From contig CACNKX010000007.1 of the NCBI GenBank assembly GCA_902621165.1, positions 1,581 to 65,580 on the forward strand: a stretch of DNA of 64,000 bases, written 5' to 3'. The DNA is from an uncultured Alphaproteobacteria bacterium (GTDB taxonomy: Bacteria; Pseudomonadota; Alphaproteobacteria; HIMB59; GCA-002718135). The notes below the pieces were generated by a model, which was not told the DNA's origin, did not search any database, and saw only the letters and a list, made by a program, of their open reading frames with translations. Below are positions 10,422-19,593 of this stretch, piece after piece (the first letter of the stretch is position 1; every line of letters begins with the position of its first letter). Made by a program: the position numbers and the translations under genes.

Positions 10422-10475
10422 GCGTTCCTTCAGCTTTTGGCTTACTTCCGACCTATAATAATAGGTTGAACGATT
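10422..10475 (-). ncRNA. Glutamine-I riboswitch aptamer (glnA RNA motif), copy 2 (proximal)
   Basis: AATCGTTCA-ACCTAT-TATT-ATAGGT-CGGAAGTA-AGC-CAAAA-GCT-GAAGGAACGC: P1 CGTTC/GAACG, P2, GGAAGTA/GAA E-loop, P3. Confidence 0.9.
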
Positions 10476-10489
10476 TATAACTTTTGCAT

Positions 10490-10540
10490 GCGTTCCTTCG
10501 GCACAATGCCTACTTCCGACTCTAAAAGAGTTGAACGATT
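10490..10540 (-). ncRNA. Glutamine-I riboswitch aptamer (glnA RNA motif), copy 1 (distal)
   Basis: AATCGTTCA-ACTCT-TTT-AGAGT-CGGAAGTA-GGCA-TTG-TGCC-GAAGGAACGC; same core as copy 2 with compensatory stem changes. Confidence 0.9.
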
Positions 10541-10580
10541 GTAGTTTAATTACTAGGTTTTATATAAAAGTAAAGAAAAA

Positions 10581-10922
10581 TTAGACAGCATCACTGTCTT
10601 TTTCACCAGTCCTTATTCTAATTACCTGCTCAATATTCGATACAAAAATCTTACCATCTCCGATTTTTCCTGAATAAGCGCTAGTTTTTATTGATTCAAT
10701 AACATCATTTACTTGACTGTCATCGACGATAACTTCAAGTTTCATTTTTGCTAAAAATTCATCATCATACCCATCATTAGGATCAATTCCACCAGTTGAT
10801 CCTCTTTGTCTACCGAAACCTTTTACATCTACTAATGTCATTCCGGATATTCCAAGTTCATGTAAAGCTTCTTTAACTTGAGAAAGTTTAAATGGTTTAA
10901 TGATTGCTTCTATTTTTTTCAT
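10581..10922 (-). CDS. glnB: Nitrogen regulatory protein P-II with atypical T-loop
   Basis: MKKIEAIIKPFKL, GFGRQ, SGKIGDGKIF, RIRTGE; lies upstream of glnA. Confidence 0.9.
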   Translation of the reverse strand: MKKIEAIIKPFKLSQVKEALHELGISGMTLVDVKGFGRQRGSTGGIDPNDGYDDEFLAKMKLEVIVDDSQVNDVIESIKTSAYSGKIGDGKIFVSNIEQVIRIRTGEKDSDAV

Positions 10923-12076
10923 ATCGTAGATAACCTATTAATTGCTTCTTTAATGTTTTCTAGAGAATTAGCAAAACTTATTCTTACAAATTCTCCAGCA
11001 TTATCTCCAAAGCTAGAGCCAGGAACTAATGCAACACCTTTCTCTTCAAGTGCGATTTCTGAAAATTTATTTCCGCTCAATCCAGTTTTTGAAATATTGG
11101 GAAATGCATAAAAAGCACCACCTGGTTCAAAACAAGAAATTTTTTCTAATTTATTCAATTCATTAAAAACGTACTCTTTTCTTTTTTGAAATTCACTAAC
11201 AATTTTTGTTATTTCTTTCTGAGAACCTTTTATTGCTTCTAACCCTGCATATTGCGAAATTGAGGTAGCACAGGAATTGTAATTGACACATATTTTATTA
11301 GCATGTTCAATTAAATTTTCTGGCCATATACTCCAGCCTAATCTCCATCCAGTCATACAATATGTTTTGCTCCATCCTTCAAGAACTATTAATCTATCTT
11401 TTATACTTTCGTATTCTAATAATGATGGCATTTGCTCATTATTAAAAATAATATTACTATAAATTTCATCACTTAAAATGGATACGTTTGGGTACTGTTC
11501 TAGTAAATTAACAAGATCAGTAATTTTTTTCTTATTCATAAATGATCCTGTTGGATTGTTTGGATTATTTATTATTATCAAACTTGTTTTATCAGAAATT
11601 AATTCTTTTAATTGTTCAGTATTAATTTCGAAATTATCTTTTTCTGAAAGTTTTAATGGTACAGCTTTTGCACCGCTATATTTAATCATAGATCTATAAA
11701 TAGGAAAACCAGGATCGGGAAAAATAATTTCTCTGTCTTCACTTCCTAATAATAATGCTGAAATAAAAATTACTGGCTTACCTCCCGGAGTTATTAAAAT
11801 ATTATCTGATTTAATATTTGTTTTGTATTTTTTAAGTACCAATTCTGAAATTGCTTCTCGTAATTCAGGGATCCCATTTGATGGAGTATAGCCATGGTGA
11901 CCATCTTTAATTGCTTTAATGGCAGCTTCCTGAATATTGATTGGTGTAGGAAAATCGGGTTGTCCTATTCCTAAATTAATAATATCTTTACCTTTAGCAG
12001 CAAGATTATTAGCTTTAGCAAGAATAGAGAATGCTGTTTCTGTTTCTAAATTAAATATTCTTTTTGAAACTTCCAT
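10919..12076 (-). CDS. PLP-dependent aminotransferase class I/II (AspC/AatA-like)
   Basis: LGIGQPDF, NNPNNPTG, SDEIY, SKTYCMTGWRLG (PLP lysine), GAFYAF, VRISFA. Confidence 0.92.
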   Translation of the reverse strand: MEVSKRIFNLETETAFSILAKANNLAAKGKDIINLGIGQPDFPTPINIQEAAIKAIKDGHHGYTPSNGIPELREAISELVLKKYKTNIKSDNILITPGGKPVIFISALLLGSEDREIIFPDPGFPIYRSMIKYSGAKAVPLKLSEKDNFEINTEQLKELISDKTSLIIINNPNNPTGSFMNKKKITDLVNLLEQYPNVSILSDEIYSNIIFNNEQMPSLLEYESIKDRLIVLEGWSKTYCMTGWRLGWSIWPENLIEHANKICVNYNSCATSISQYAGLEAIKGSQKEITKIVSEFQKRKEYVFNELNKLEKISCFEPGGAFYAFPNISKTGLSGNKFSEIALEEKGVALVPGSSFGDNAGEFVRISFANSLENIKEAINRLSTI

Positions 12077-12128
12077 ATTTTTGATATAGCGATTTAATAA
12101 AAAAATTAAACTTTTAATTAAGTTATAT

Positions 12129-12206
12129 GGCGAACGTAGCTCAGTTGGTTAGAGCGCAGGCTTGTGGTGCCTGATGCCGTGGGTTCGAATCCCATCGTTC
12201 GCCCCA
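12129..12206 (+). tRNA. tRNA-His(GTG) with encoded G-1 and C73
   Basis: G-GCGAACG...CGTTCGC-C-CCA; anticodon arm CAGGC-TT-GTG-GT-GCCTG. Confidence 0.95.
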
Positions 12207-12272
12207 ATTTGTATTTAGTTAATTTTCTCTATTGTTTTTTAATTTATTGTCCATAAAAGGCAAATAATAATA

Positions 12273-12357
12273 GGGCCGGTGGTGGAATTGGTAGACACGC
12301 TAGATTTAGGTTCTAGTGCCGCGAGGTGTGAAGGTTCAAGTCCTTTCCGGCCTACCA
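12273..12357 (+). tRNA. tRNA-Leu(TAG)
   Basis: GGGCCGG/CCGGCCT-A-CCA; CTAGA-TT-TAG-GT-TCTAG; long variable arm; usual position upstream of tig. Confidence 0.95.
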
Positions 12358-12373
12358 TTAGGTTTGATAAAAT

Positions 12374-13726
12374 ATGAATACAAAAGAATTAAAGTCAAAA
12401 AAACTTTATAAGGAATACTCATTAGAAATCCCTTATGAGGAAATTGATATTGAAGTAGACAATAAAATAAATCAAATATTACCTACTGTTAATATTCCTG
12501 GTTTTAGAAAAGGTAAGGCTCCACTAAATATTGTTAAAAAAAAATATGAAGATAATGTTTTAAATGAAGTTATTCAAAAAGTAATAGATACAAATACAAA
12601 AAAATTAATTGATGAAAAAAAGTTTTCTCTTTTTAGAGCTCCTAAAGTTGAGCTTAGTAAATATGAAAAAAATAAGCCAATAACTATAAATTTAAAATTT
12701 GATTTAAAACCTGAAATCAAACTCAAAGATTTTAAAGATCTAAAAACCAATAAGTATGAAATTGAATTAGGCAAAAAAGCAGAAGAAAATCAATTTAAGA
12801 GTTTTATAGATTCACAGAAAAATTTTAAAAAAATTGAAAGTTCGAGACAAGTTAAAAATTCCGACAAGGTTATAGTTAATTTTGAATCATCCCATGAAGA
12901 CCTTCCAGAATATTTAAAATCTCAAAAAAATTTTCCTATTGATTTGGGTTTTGAAGATGGAATACTTCCAGGTTTAAACAAAGAATTGATAGAAAGAAAA
13001 GTAAAAGCTGGAGATAAAATTGAATTAAAAATAAACTTATCTAAAATTCTTAAAGATGATAAATTTAAAAAAACAACATTTCATTTTGAAATAATTTCAA
13101 TTGAAGAAAAAATTAAATTTGAACTTACACAAGAGTTTTTAGATAAGAATGGTTTCAAAACTGAAAAGGATCTTAAAGATTTTCTAGTGAGCAATATGAA
13201 ATCTCAATATGAGCAAGGAATAAAGCAAATTGAAAAAAAAGAGTTGATGGACCTTTTAGATAATAATTATAAATTTGATTTACCTGATGGAGTGCTAGAA
13301 GATGATTTTAATCAAATATGGTATCGTCTAGAGCAAGCTAAAAAAGAAGGTAGTTTAGATGAAGATGATAAACTACTAAAAGATGACGATCTTAAAAAAC
13401 GATATAAAAAAATTTCAGAAAGAAGAGTCAAACTTGGTTTATTAATGCAACATATCGCCTCAGAGGAAAAAGTTATTGTATCTGAAGAAGAAATTAACAA
13501 AGGGATATTAGAATATACCAGGCAATATCCTGGTCAAGAAAAGCAGATTATGGAATATTTTGAAAAAAATCCATCATCACTTGACACAATTCGAGCACCA
13601 CTTATCGAGGAAAAAGTAATCGATTCAATTATTTCCAAATCCAAGACAAATGTTATAAAATTAAATGAAGATGAATATAAAAAACTTGAAGTTAATACAT
13701 TTGATATTAAAGATAAGAAAAAATGA
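12374..13726 (+). CDS. tig: Trigger factor
   Basis: [10 protein letters not shown] ribosome-binding signature, ERRVKLGLL; synteny with clpPX. Confidence 0.93.
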   Translation: MNTKELKSKKLYKEYSLEIPYEEIDIEVDNKINQILPTVNIPGFRKGKAPLNIVKKKYEDNVLNEVIQKVIDTNTKKLIDEKKFSLFRAPKVELSKYEKNKPITINLKFDLKPEIKLKDFKDLKTNKYEIELGKKAEENQFKSFIDSQKNFKKIESSRQVKNSDKVIVNFESSHEDLPEYLKSQKNFPIDLGFEDGILPGLNKELIERKVKAGDKIELKINLSKILKDDKFKKTTFHFEIISIEEKIKFELTQEFLDKNGFKTEKDLKDFLVSNMKSQYEQGIKQIEKKELMDLLDNNYKFDLPDGVLEDDFNQIWYRLEQAKKEGSLDEDDKLLKDDDLKKRYKKISERRVKLGLLMQHIASEEKVIVSEEEINKGILEYTRQYPGQEKQIMEYFEKNPSSLDTIRAPLIEEKVIDSIISKSKTNVIKLNEDEYKKLEVNTFDIKDKKK

Positions 13727-14334
13727 AAGATCCAATAGACAATATCACAAATAATCTTATCCCAATGGTTGTGGAACAATCATCTAGAGGTGAAAGATCT
13801 TATGATATCTATTCTAGATTATTAAAAGAAAGAATTATTTTTCTAACTGGTCCTATAGATGACAACGTTGCAAGTCTAATATGTGCACAAATATTGTTTT
13901 TAGAATCTGAAAACCCTAAAAAGGAAATTTCTTTTTATATTAATTCGCCTGGAGGTATCGTTTGGTCTGGACTAGCCATATACGATACTATGCAATATGT
14001 TTCTTCAAAAATTATGACAATTTGTATTGGTCAAGCAGCATCTGCTGGTTCACTTCTTTTGACAGCTGGAGAGAAAGGCATGAGGTTCTCCTTACCTAAT
14101 TCTCGCATAATGGTTCATCAACCTAGTGGAGGATACCAAGGTCAAGTAACGGATATTGAAATTCAAACTAATGAAATAAAGAGAGCAAAGATAAAATTAA
14201 ATGAAATTTATTCAAAACACACAGGAAAAAAAATTTCAGAAATATCAAGCATAATGGAAAGAGATAAATACTTCTCAGCAGATGAAGCCATTAAATTTGG
14301 TCTTATTGATAAAGTTGTAAAGGGCAGGAAATAA
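13723..14334 (+). CDS. clpP: ATP-dependent Clp protease proteolytic subunit
   Basis: [32 protein letters not shown]. Confidence 0.97.
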   Translation: MKDPIDNITNNLIPMVVEQSSRGERSYDIYSRLLKERIIFLTGPIDDNVASLICAQILFLESENPKKEISFYINSPGGIVWSGLAIYDTMQYVSSKIMTICIGQAASAGSLLLTAGEKGMRFSLPNSRIMVHQPSGGYQGQVTDIEIQTNEIKRAKIKLNEIYSKHTGKKISEISSIMERDKYFSADEAIKFGLIDKVVKGRK

Positions 14335-15599
14335 TGAATAAAAAAAATGATAAAGATTCATTATTTTGCTCTTTTTGTGGCAAAAATCAAAAAGAAGTTA
14401 AAAAATTAATAGCAGGACCAACTGTTTTTGTTTGTGATGAATGTGTAGAACTATGTATGGATATTATCAAAGAAGATAATAAAAATAATAAATTCAAAAT
14501 TAAAAAAGATATACCAAAACCTTCAGAGATAAATAAATTTTTAAACGATTACGTTATAGGTCAAAAAGACTCAAAAAAAATACTTTCAGTAGCTGTTTAC
14601 AATCATTATAAAAGATTATCATCTAACTTAGAAAATGATAATATTGAAATCTCAAAATCTAATATACTTTTAGTTGGTCCAACTGGTACGGGCAAAACAT
14701 TATTAGCACAAACTTTAGCAAAAATATTAGACGTTCCTTTTACAGTTGCTGATGCAACGAGTTTAACTGAAGCTGGATATGTAGGAGAAGATGTAGAAAA
14801 TATAATTCTTAAACTATTGCAAGCATCTGATTACAATGTTGAGCGTGCACAAAAGGGGATTGTTTATATTGATGAAATTGATAAAATTGGAAGAAAAAGT
14901 GATAATCCTTCAATAACAAGAGATGTTTCTGGAGAAGGAGTGCAACAAGCTCTCCTTAAAATTATGGAAGGCACTGTAGCTAGTGTACCACCACAAGGAG
15001 GAAGAAAACATCCTCAACAAGAGTTTTTACAAGTTGACACTTCTAATATTCTCTTCATATGTGGAGGAGCATTTTCTGGTTTAGAAGAAATCATAAACTA
15101 TCGCTTAAAAGGAACTGCAATAGGTTTTAATTCTAAATTAGATTTAGAACCTAAAAAAACTGTTGGAGCATCACTCAAAAAACTAGAGAACCAAGATCTA
15201 TTAAAATTTGGAATGATACCAGAATTTATTGGAAGACTTCCAGTAATCACCACCTTGAGTGAATTAGATGAAGATATGCTTATCCGAATAATGACTCAGC
15301 CAAAAAATGCTATTGTCAAACAATTCGAATCTCTCATGAAAATGGATGGGGTTAAATTGGAAATTAAAGAAGATGCTTTAAAAGAAATTGCTAAATTAGC
15401 AGTATCTCAAAATACTGGAGCTAGAGGATTAAGATCTATAATAGAAGACTCACTAATGGATCTTATGTATAAAGTTCCAGATCAAAAAGATCTATATAAA
15501 GTAGTAATAAATCAAGATGTTATCGCAAAAAAAACTGATCCTATTCTAATTTATTCTAATAAAGAAAATAGTCAAAAATTAATGACTAACAACTCTTGA
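14334..15599 (+). CDS. clpX: ATP-dependent Clp protease ATPase subunit
   Basis: CSFC..CDEC zinc finger, [29 protein letters not shown] loop. Confidence 0.97.
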   Translation: MNKKNDKDSLFCSFCGKNQKEVKKLIAGPTVFVCDECVELCMDIIKEDNKNNKFKIKKDIPKPSEINKFLNDYVIGQKDSKKILSVAVYNHYKRLSSNLENDNIEISKSNILLVGPTGTGKTLLAQTLAKILDVPFTVADATSLTEAGYVGEDVENIILKLLQASDYNVERAQKGIVYIDEIDKIGRKSDNPSITRDVSGEGVQQALLKIMEGTVASVPPQGGRKHPQQEFLQVDTSNILFICGGAFSGLEEIINYRLKGTAIGFNSKLDLEPKKTVGASLKKLENQDLLKFGMIPEFIGRLPVITTLSELDEDMLIRIMTQPKNAIVKQFESLMKMDGVKLEIKEDALKEIAKLAVSQNTGARGLRSIIEDSLMDLMYKVPDQKDLYKVVINQDVIAKKTDPILIYSNKENSQKLMTNNS

Positions 15600-15629
15600 A
15601 TTTAATCAATACATAGACATTTATATATT

Positions 15630-17996
15630 ATGGTAAAAAATCAAATCCCTGTTCTTCCACTTAGAGATATAGTAGTTTTTCCAAATATGGTCGCTCCTTT
15701 ATTCGTCGGAAGAGAGCAATCAGTAAATGCTCTTAACGATGTAATGACAGGTGATAAGAAAATTTTTTTACTTTCTCAAAAGAATTCAAAAATTGATAAT
15801 CCTAACAAAGAAAACCTCTACTCTTTCGGAACTGTAGCAAAAATTATCCAGTTATTAAAACTTCCAGATGGAACTCTTAAAGTTTTAGTGGAAGGTATCC
15901 AAAGGGCTAAAGTAAATAAAATATATTTCAATAAAGAATTTATTACTGCATCAATAACTGAAATAAATCTAAAAACTAAAAAAAATTCAAATGTAAGAGC
16001 TTTACAAAAACTTATTATTGAGCAGTTTATCGAGTTTCAAAAAATTAATAAAAAAGTTTCTCTTGATGTAATTAATAATGTCAAAACGTTCAATGATCCA
16101 GATAAAATTGTTGATGTAATTGTATCTAATATTTCAATTTCATTATCTCAAAAACAAGAGATTTTAGAAATCATAAATACAGAAGATAGGCTTAATAAAG
16201 TTTATGGTTATTTAGTATCTGAAATTGACTCCTTTCAAGTTGAAAAAAAAATAAAAGGCCGCGTAAAAAGACAAATGGAGAAAACACAAAAAGAATATTA
16301 TTTAAACGAACAAATGAAAGCTATCCAAAAGGAATTAGGTGAAAACGATGATTTAGATGAAATTGCTGAGCTAGAAAAGAAATTAAACCAATATAATTTA
16401 TCAAAAGAAGCAAAAGATAAATGCTCAGCTGAGATTAAAAAATTAAAAAATATGAGCCCTATGTCAGCTGAAGCTACCGTAATTAGAAATTATCTAGACT
16501 GGGTAATGTCAATACCATGGAATAATCCTGATCAAATTTCACAAAATATCAATAAAGCATCATCAATATTAGAGAGTGATCACTATGGATTAGAAAAAGT
16601 TAAAGATAGAATTCTTGAATATTTAGCAGTTCAAAAAAGAACTAATAAACTTAAGGGTCCAATATTGTGTTTGGTCGGACCACCTGGTGTTGGAAAGACG
16701 TCTCTTGGTAAATCCATAGCAAACTCAACAGGAAGAAGTTTTGTTAGAATGTCCCTTGGTGGTGTAAGAGATGAAGCTGAAATAAGAGGTCATAGGAAAA
16801 CATATATTGGTTCAATGCCAGGTAGATTTATTCAAGCAATGAAAAAATCTAAGTCTTCTAACCCACTCATATTGCTTGACGAAATTGATAAGCTTGGCTC
16901 TGATTGGAGAGGTGATCCATCTTCTGCACTATTAGAGGTTCTTGATCCTGAACAAAATAGTAAGTTCAATGACCATTATCTTGAACTAGATTATGATCTT
17001 TCTGACGTTATGTTCGTATGTACTGCAAATACTCTTAATATACCTCCAGCTCTTCTTGATAGAATGGAAATTATTAGAATACCTGGATACACAGATAAAG
17101 AAAAAAACCAAATTGCAAAAAGATACTTAGTTCCCAAACAAATTAAAAATCATGGAATAAAAAGATCTGAGATTTCATTCAATTCTAAAGTTTTAAGTTC
17201 TATTATTAGGAATTATACTAGAGAGGCTGGAGTAAGAAACCTTGAAAAAGAAATTTCTAAAGTTTGTAGAAAGACTGTAAAAAAACTAGAAACTACTAAA
17301 ATCAAAAAGATTAAATTAGATGATAAATCTTTACAAAATCTTCTCGGTATTCCAAAATTTAGATCAAATGAAATAGAAAAAAAGAATTTGGTGGGTGTTA
17401 CTAATGGTTTGGCTTGGACAGAAGTAGGTGGAGAAATTTTATCCGTTGAGGTTATTTTATCTATAGGCAAGGGAAAACTTACAATTACAGGTAAATTAGG
17501 TGAAGTTATGAGAGAGTCAATTCAAGCAGCTACTTCTTACGTAAAATCAAAATCTGTAAGTCTAGGAATAAATCCTAAAGATTTTGAAAATTATGATATT
17601 CATATTCATGTTCCTGAAGGAGCTACACCAAAAGATGGGCCAAGCGCTGGTATAGCGATTTTTAACTCATTAGTATCATCATTAACAAACAATAAAATAA
17701 GAAGAGATGTTGCGATGACTGGTGAAATAACACTTCGGGGCCGAGTTCTTCCAATTGGAGGTTTAAAAGAAAAAATATATGCTGCAAGTAGAGCAGGTAT
17801 CAAAAAAGTCCTTATACCTCTTGATAATTTTAGAGAAGTATCTGAATTTGACAAAGAAGTTATTAAGGGTATTAAGATAATTCCAGTTTCGGATGCATTC
17901 TCAATTCTTGAACATACTTTAACAAAATCAGTAATTCCATTAAATTTAACCGAATCTCAATTGAAAAATAACCAAAACACCACTAGTACCCACTAA
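15630..17996 (+). CDS. lon: Lon protease
   Basis: LPLRDIVVFP, GPPGVGKT, PKDGPSAG, IGGLKEK. Confidence 0.97.
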   Translation: MVKNQIPVLPLRDIVVFPNMVAPLFVGREQSVNALNDVMTGDKKIFLLSQKNSKIDNPNKENLYSFGTVAKIIQLLKLPDGTLKVLVEGIQRAKVNKIYFNKEFITASITEINLKTKKNSNVRALQKLIIEQFIEFQKINKKVSLDVINNVKTFNDPDKIVDVIVSNISISLSQKQEILEIINTEDRLNKVYGYLVSEIDSFQVEKKIKGRVKRQMEKTQKEYYLNEQMKAIQKELGENDDLDEIAELEKKLNQYNLSKEAKDKCSAEIKKLKNMSPMSAEATVIRNYLDWVMSIPWNNPDQISQNINKASSILESDHYGLEKVKDRILEYLAVQKRTNKLKGPILCLVGPPGVGKTSLGKSIANSTGRSFVRMSLGGVRDEAEIRGHRKTYIGSMPGRFIQAMKKSKSSNPLILLDEIDKLGSDWRGDPSSALLEVLDPEQNSKFNDHYLELDYDLSDVMFVCTANTLNIPPALLDRMEIIRIPGYTDKEKNQIAKRYLVPKQIKNHGIKRSEISFNSKVLSSIIRNYTREAGVRNLEKEISKVCRKTVKKLETTKIKKIKLDDKSLQNLLGIPKFRSNEIEKKNLVGVTNGLAWTEVGGEILSVEVILSIGKGKLTITGKLGEVMRESIQAATSYVKSKSVSLGINPKDFENYDIHIHVPEGATPKDGPSAGIAIFNSLVSSLTNNKIRRDVAMTGEITLRGRVLPIGGLKEKIYAASRAGIKKVLIPLDNFREVSEFDKEVIKGIKIIPVSDAFSILEHTLTKSVIPLNLTESQLKNNQNTTSTH

Positions 17997-18132
17997 TATT
18001 TTATAATAAATAATCAAGCTATTAAGCCATTTAGAAGATAAATTCCCTTATTTCTGGGAAAATTTTAATAATAATATTGACTTGTTAGGAAAACAGACAA
18101 TTATTGTCAAAATTTAATAAAGGAGATTTAAA

Positions 18133-18408
18133 GTGAATAAAAATGATCTTATTGCATCTGTAGCATCTTCCGCAGGATTATCTAAATCTGACGCAACTAG
18201 AGCAATTGAAAGCTTTCTAGATGCAATAACTAATGCTTTAAAAAGAGATGAAAAGGTTAGTATTGTCGGATTTGGTAACTTTAGTGTAAGCCACAGAAAA
18301 GCAACCACTGGTAGAAACCCAAGAACAGGTGAATCTATACAAATACCCGCATCTAAGAGACCTAAGTTTACTGTAGGAAAAGCTCTAAAAGATTCAGTAA
18401 ACAATTAA
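18133..18408 (+). CDS. hup: DNA-binding protein HU
   Basis: MNKNDLI, GFGNF, GRNPRTGE, IPA..P.F; GTG start after AAGGAG. Confidence 0.95.
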   Translation: MNKNDLIASVASSAGLSKSDATRAIESFLDAITNALKRDEKVSIVGFGNFSVSHRKATTGRNPRTGESIQIPASKRPKFTVGKALKDSVNN

Positions 18409-18427
18409 TTATCTTTTTTTCTTGCAC

Positions 18428-18462
18428 CGGCTGTTAAATAAATTTAACAGCCGCTTTTATTT
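18428..18462 (+). terminator. Hairpin/terminator after hup
   Basis: CGGCTGTTAAA-TAAA-TTTAACAGCCG perfect 11-bp stem followed by CTTTTATTT. Confidence 0.6.
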
Positions 18463-18538
18463 GGGTGTTTAGCTCAGTTGGTAGAGCATCTCGTTTACAC
18501 CGAGAGGGTCGGGAGTTCAAGTCTCTCAACACCCACCA
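18463..18538 (+). tRNA. tRNA-Val(TAC)
   Basis: GGGTGTT/AACACCC-A-CCA; anticodon loop TT-TAC-AC. Confidence 0.96.
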
Positions 18539-18541
18539 TGC

Positions 18542-18618
18542 GCGGGAGTAGTTCAGCTGGTTAGAACGCTGCCCTGTCACGGCAGAGGCCGCGGGTTCGA
18601 ATCCCGTCTCTCGCGCCA
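18542..18618 (+). tRNA. tRNA-Asp(GTC)
   Basis: GCGGGAG/CTCTCGC-G-CCA; CTGCC-CT-GTC-AC-GGCAG. Confidence 0.96.
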
Positions 18619-18718
18619 CTTAACTTAGTATTTTTTTGTGAACTAAAGTCGCAACGAGACACATTGTTATTGTTGAATAAATCGTTAAATACATTACTAA
18701 TTTAATTGTGAGATTATA

Positions 18719-19084
18719 GTGTCAGAGTTTTTATTTGAATATTTACCTATATTAATTTTTATTTTCATAGCTTTGATATTAGCTGTTGGTATGACTTTAT
18801 TATCTTTTGTAATTGGAGACTCTCAGCCAGATCAAGAAAAATTATCTGCTTATGAGTGCGGATTTGAGGCTTTTGACGATGCTCGTGGAAGATTTGATGT
18901 CAGATTTTATTTAGTAGCAATCTTATTTATTATCTTTGATTTGGAAGTTGCTTTCTTGTTTCCATGGGCAATAACACTTGGTAAAATTGGGTTGTTTGGT
19001 TTTTGGTCAATGATGATTTTCCTAACTGTTTTAACTATTGGTTTTATTTATGAATGGAAAAAAGGAGCTTTAGAATGGGAGTAG
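18719..19084 (+). CDS. nuoA: NADH-quinone oxidoreductase subunit A
   Basis: [33 protein letters not shown]; GTG start. Confidence 0.97.
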   Translation: MSEFLFEYLPILIFIFIALILAVGMTLLSFVIGDSQPDQEKLSAYECGFEAFDDARGRFDVRFYLVAILFIIFDLEVAFLFPWAITLGKIGLFGFWSMMIFLTVLTIGFIYEWKKGALEWE

Positions 19085-19587
19085 ATGAAGCAAAAAAAAT
19101 TGTTGATGATACTCTAAACTCAGAATTATCCTCTAAAGGTTTCTTAGTTGCTAGTTATGATAAAATTCTTACTTGGGCCAGAACTGGCTCCTTATGGCCA
19201 ATGACATTCGGATTGGCATGTTGTGGAGTAGAAATGATACATTCTTATATGGCAAGATATGATCTAGATCGTTATGGGGTAATACCAAGAGGTAGTCCTA
19301 GACAATCGGATGTAATGATTGTTGCTGGAACACTAACAAATAAAATGGCACCGGCTTTAAGAAAAGTTTATGATCAAATGCCAGAACCTCGGTGGGTAAT
19401 TTCAATGGGGTCTTGTGCAAATGGTGGTGGATATTATCACTACTCGTATTCAGTTGTTAGAGGGTGTGATAGGATAGTTCCCGTTGATGTTTACGTACCA
19501 GGATGTCCTCCAACAGCAGAAGCATTAGTTTACGGTATATTGCAATTGCAAAAAAAAATTAGAAGAGAAAATAAATTTAAAAGATAA
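19075..19587 (+). CDS. nuoB: NADH-quinone oxidoreductase subunit B
   Basis: [26 protein letters not shown]; start moved to ATG 19075 after AAGGAG. Confidence 0.96.
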   Translation: MGVDEAKKIVDDTLNSELSSKGFLVASYDKILTWARTGSLWPMTFGLACCGVEMIHSYMARYDLDRYGVIPRGSPRQSDVMIVAGTLTNKMAPALRKVYDQMPEPRWVISMGSCANGGGYYHYSYSVVRGCDRIVPVDVYVPGCPPTAEALVYGILQLQKKIRRENKFKR

Positions 19588-19593
19588 TTTTAT

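Noticed and set aside
10276-10458. 60-aa plus-strand ORF as a leader or regulatory peptide
   Set aside because: Antisense to the glnA start and aptamer 2; no SD; its sequence is explained by those features
10499-10514. GGCAC as a sigma54 -24 element for glnA
   Set aside because: Wrong strand for glnA, no TTGC at -12, and it is part of aptamer P3
10422-10540. Imperfect direct repeat as a mini-CRISPR or tandem duplication
   Set aside because: Only two units, no cas genes, and the variable parts form compensatory stems, as expected of structured RNA
18114-18404. 96-aa ORF antisense to hup, and the many other 60-130 aa antisense/nested ORFs in the track
   Set aside because: Shadow frames of well-supported genes with no recognisable motifs
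18434-18619. 61-aa minus-strand ORF
   Set aside because: Antisense translation of tRNA-Val and tRNA-Asp
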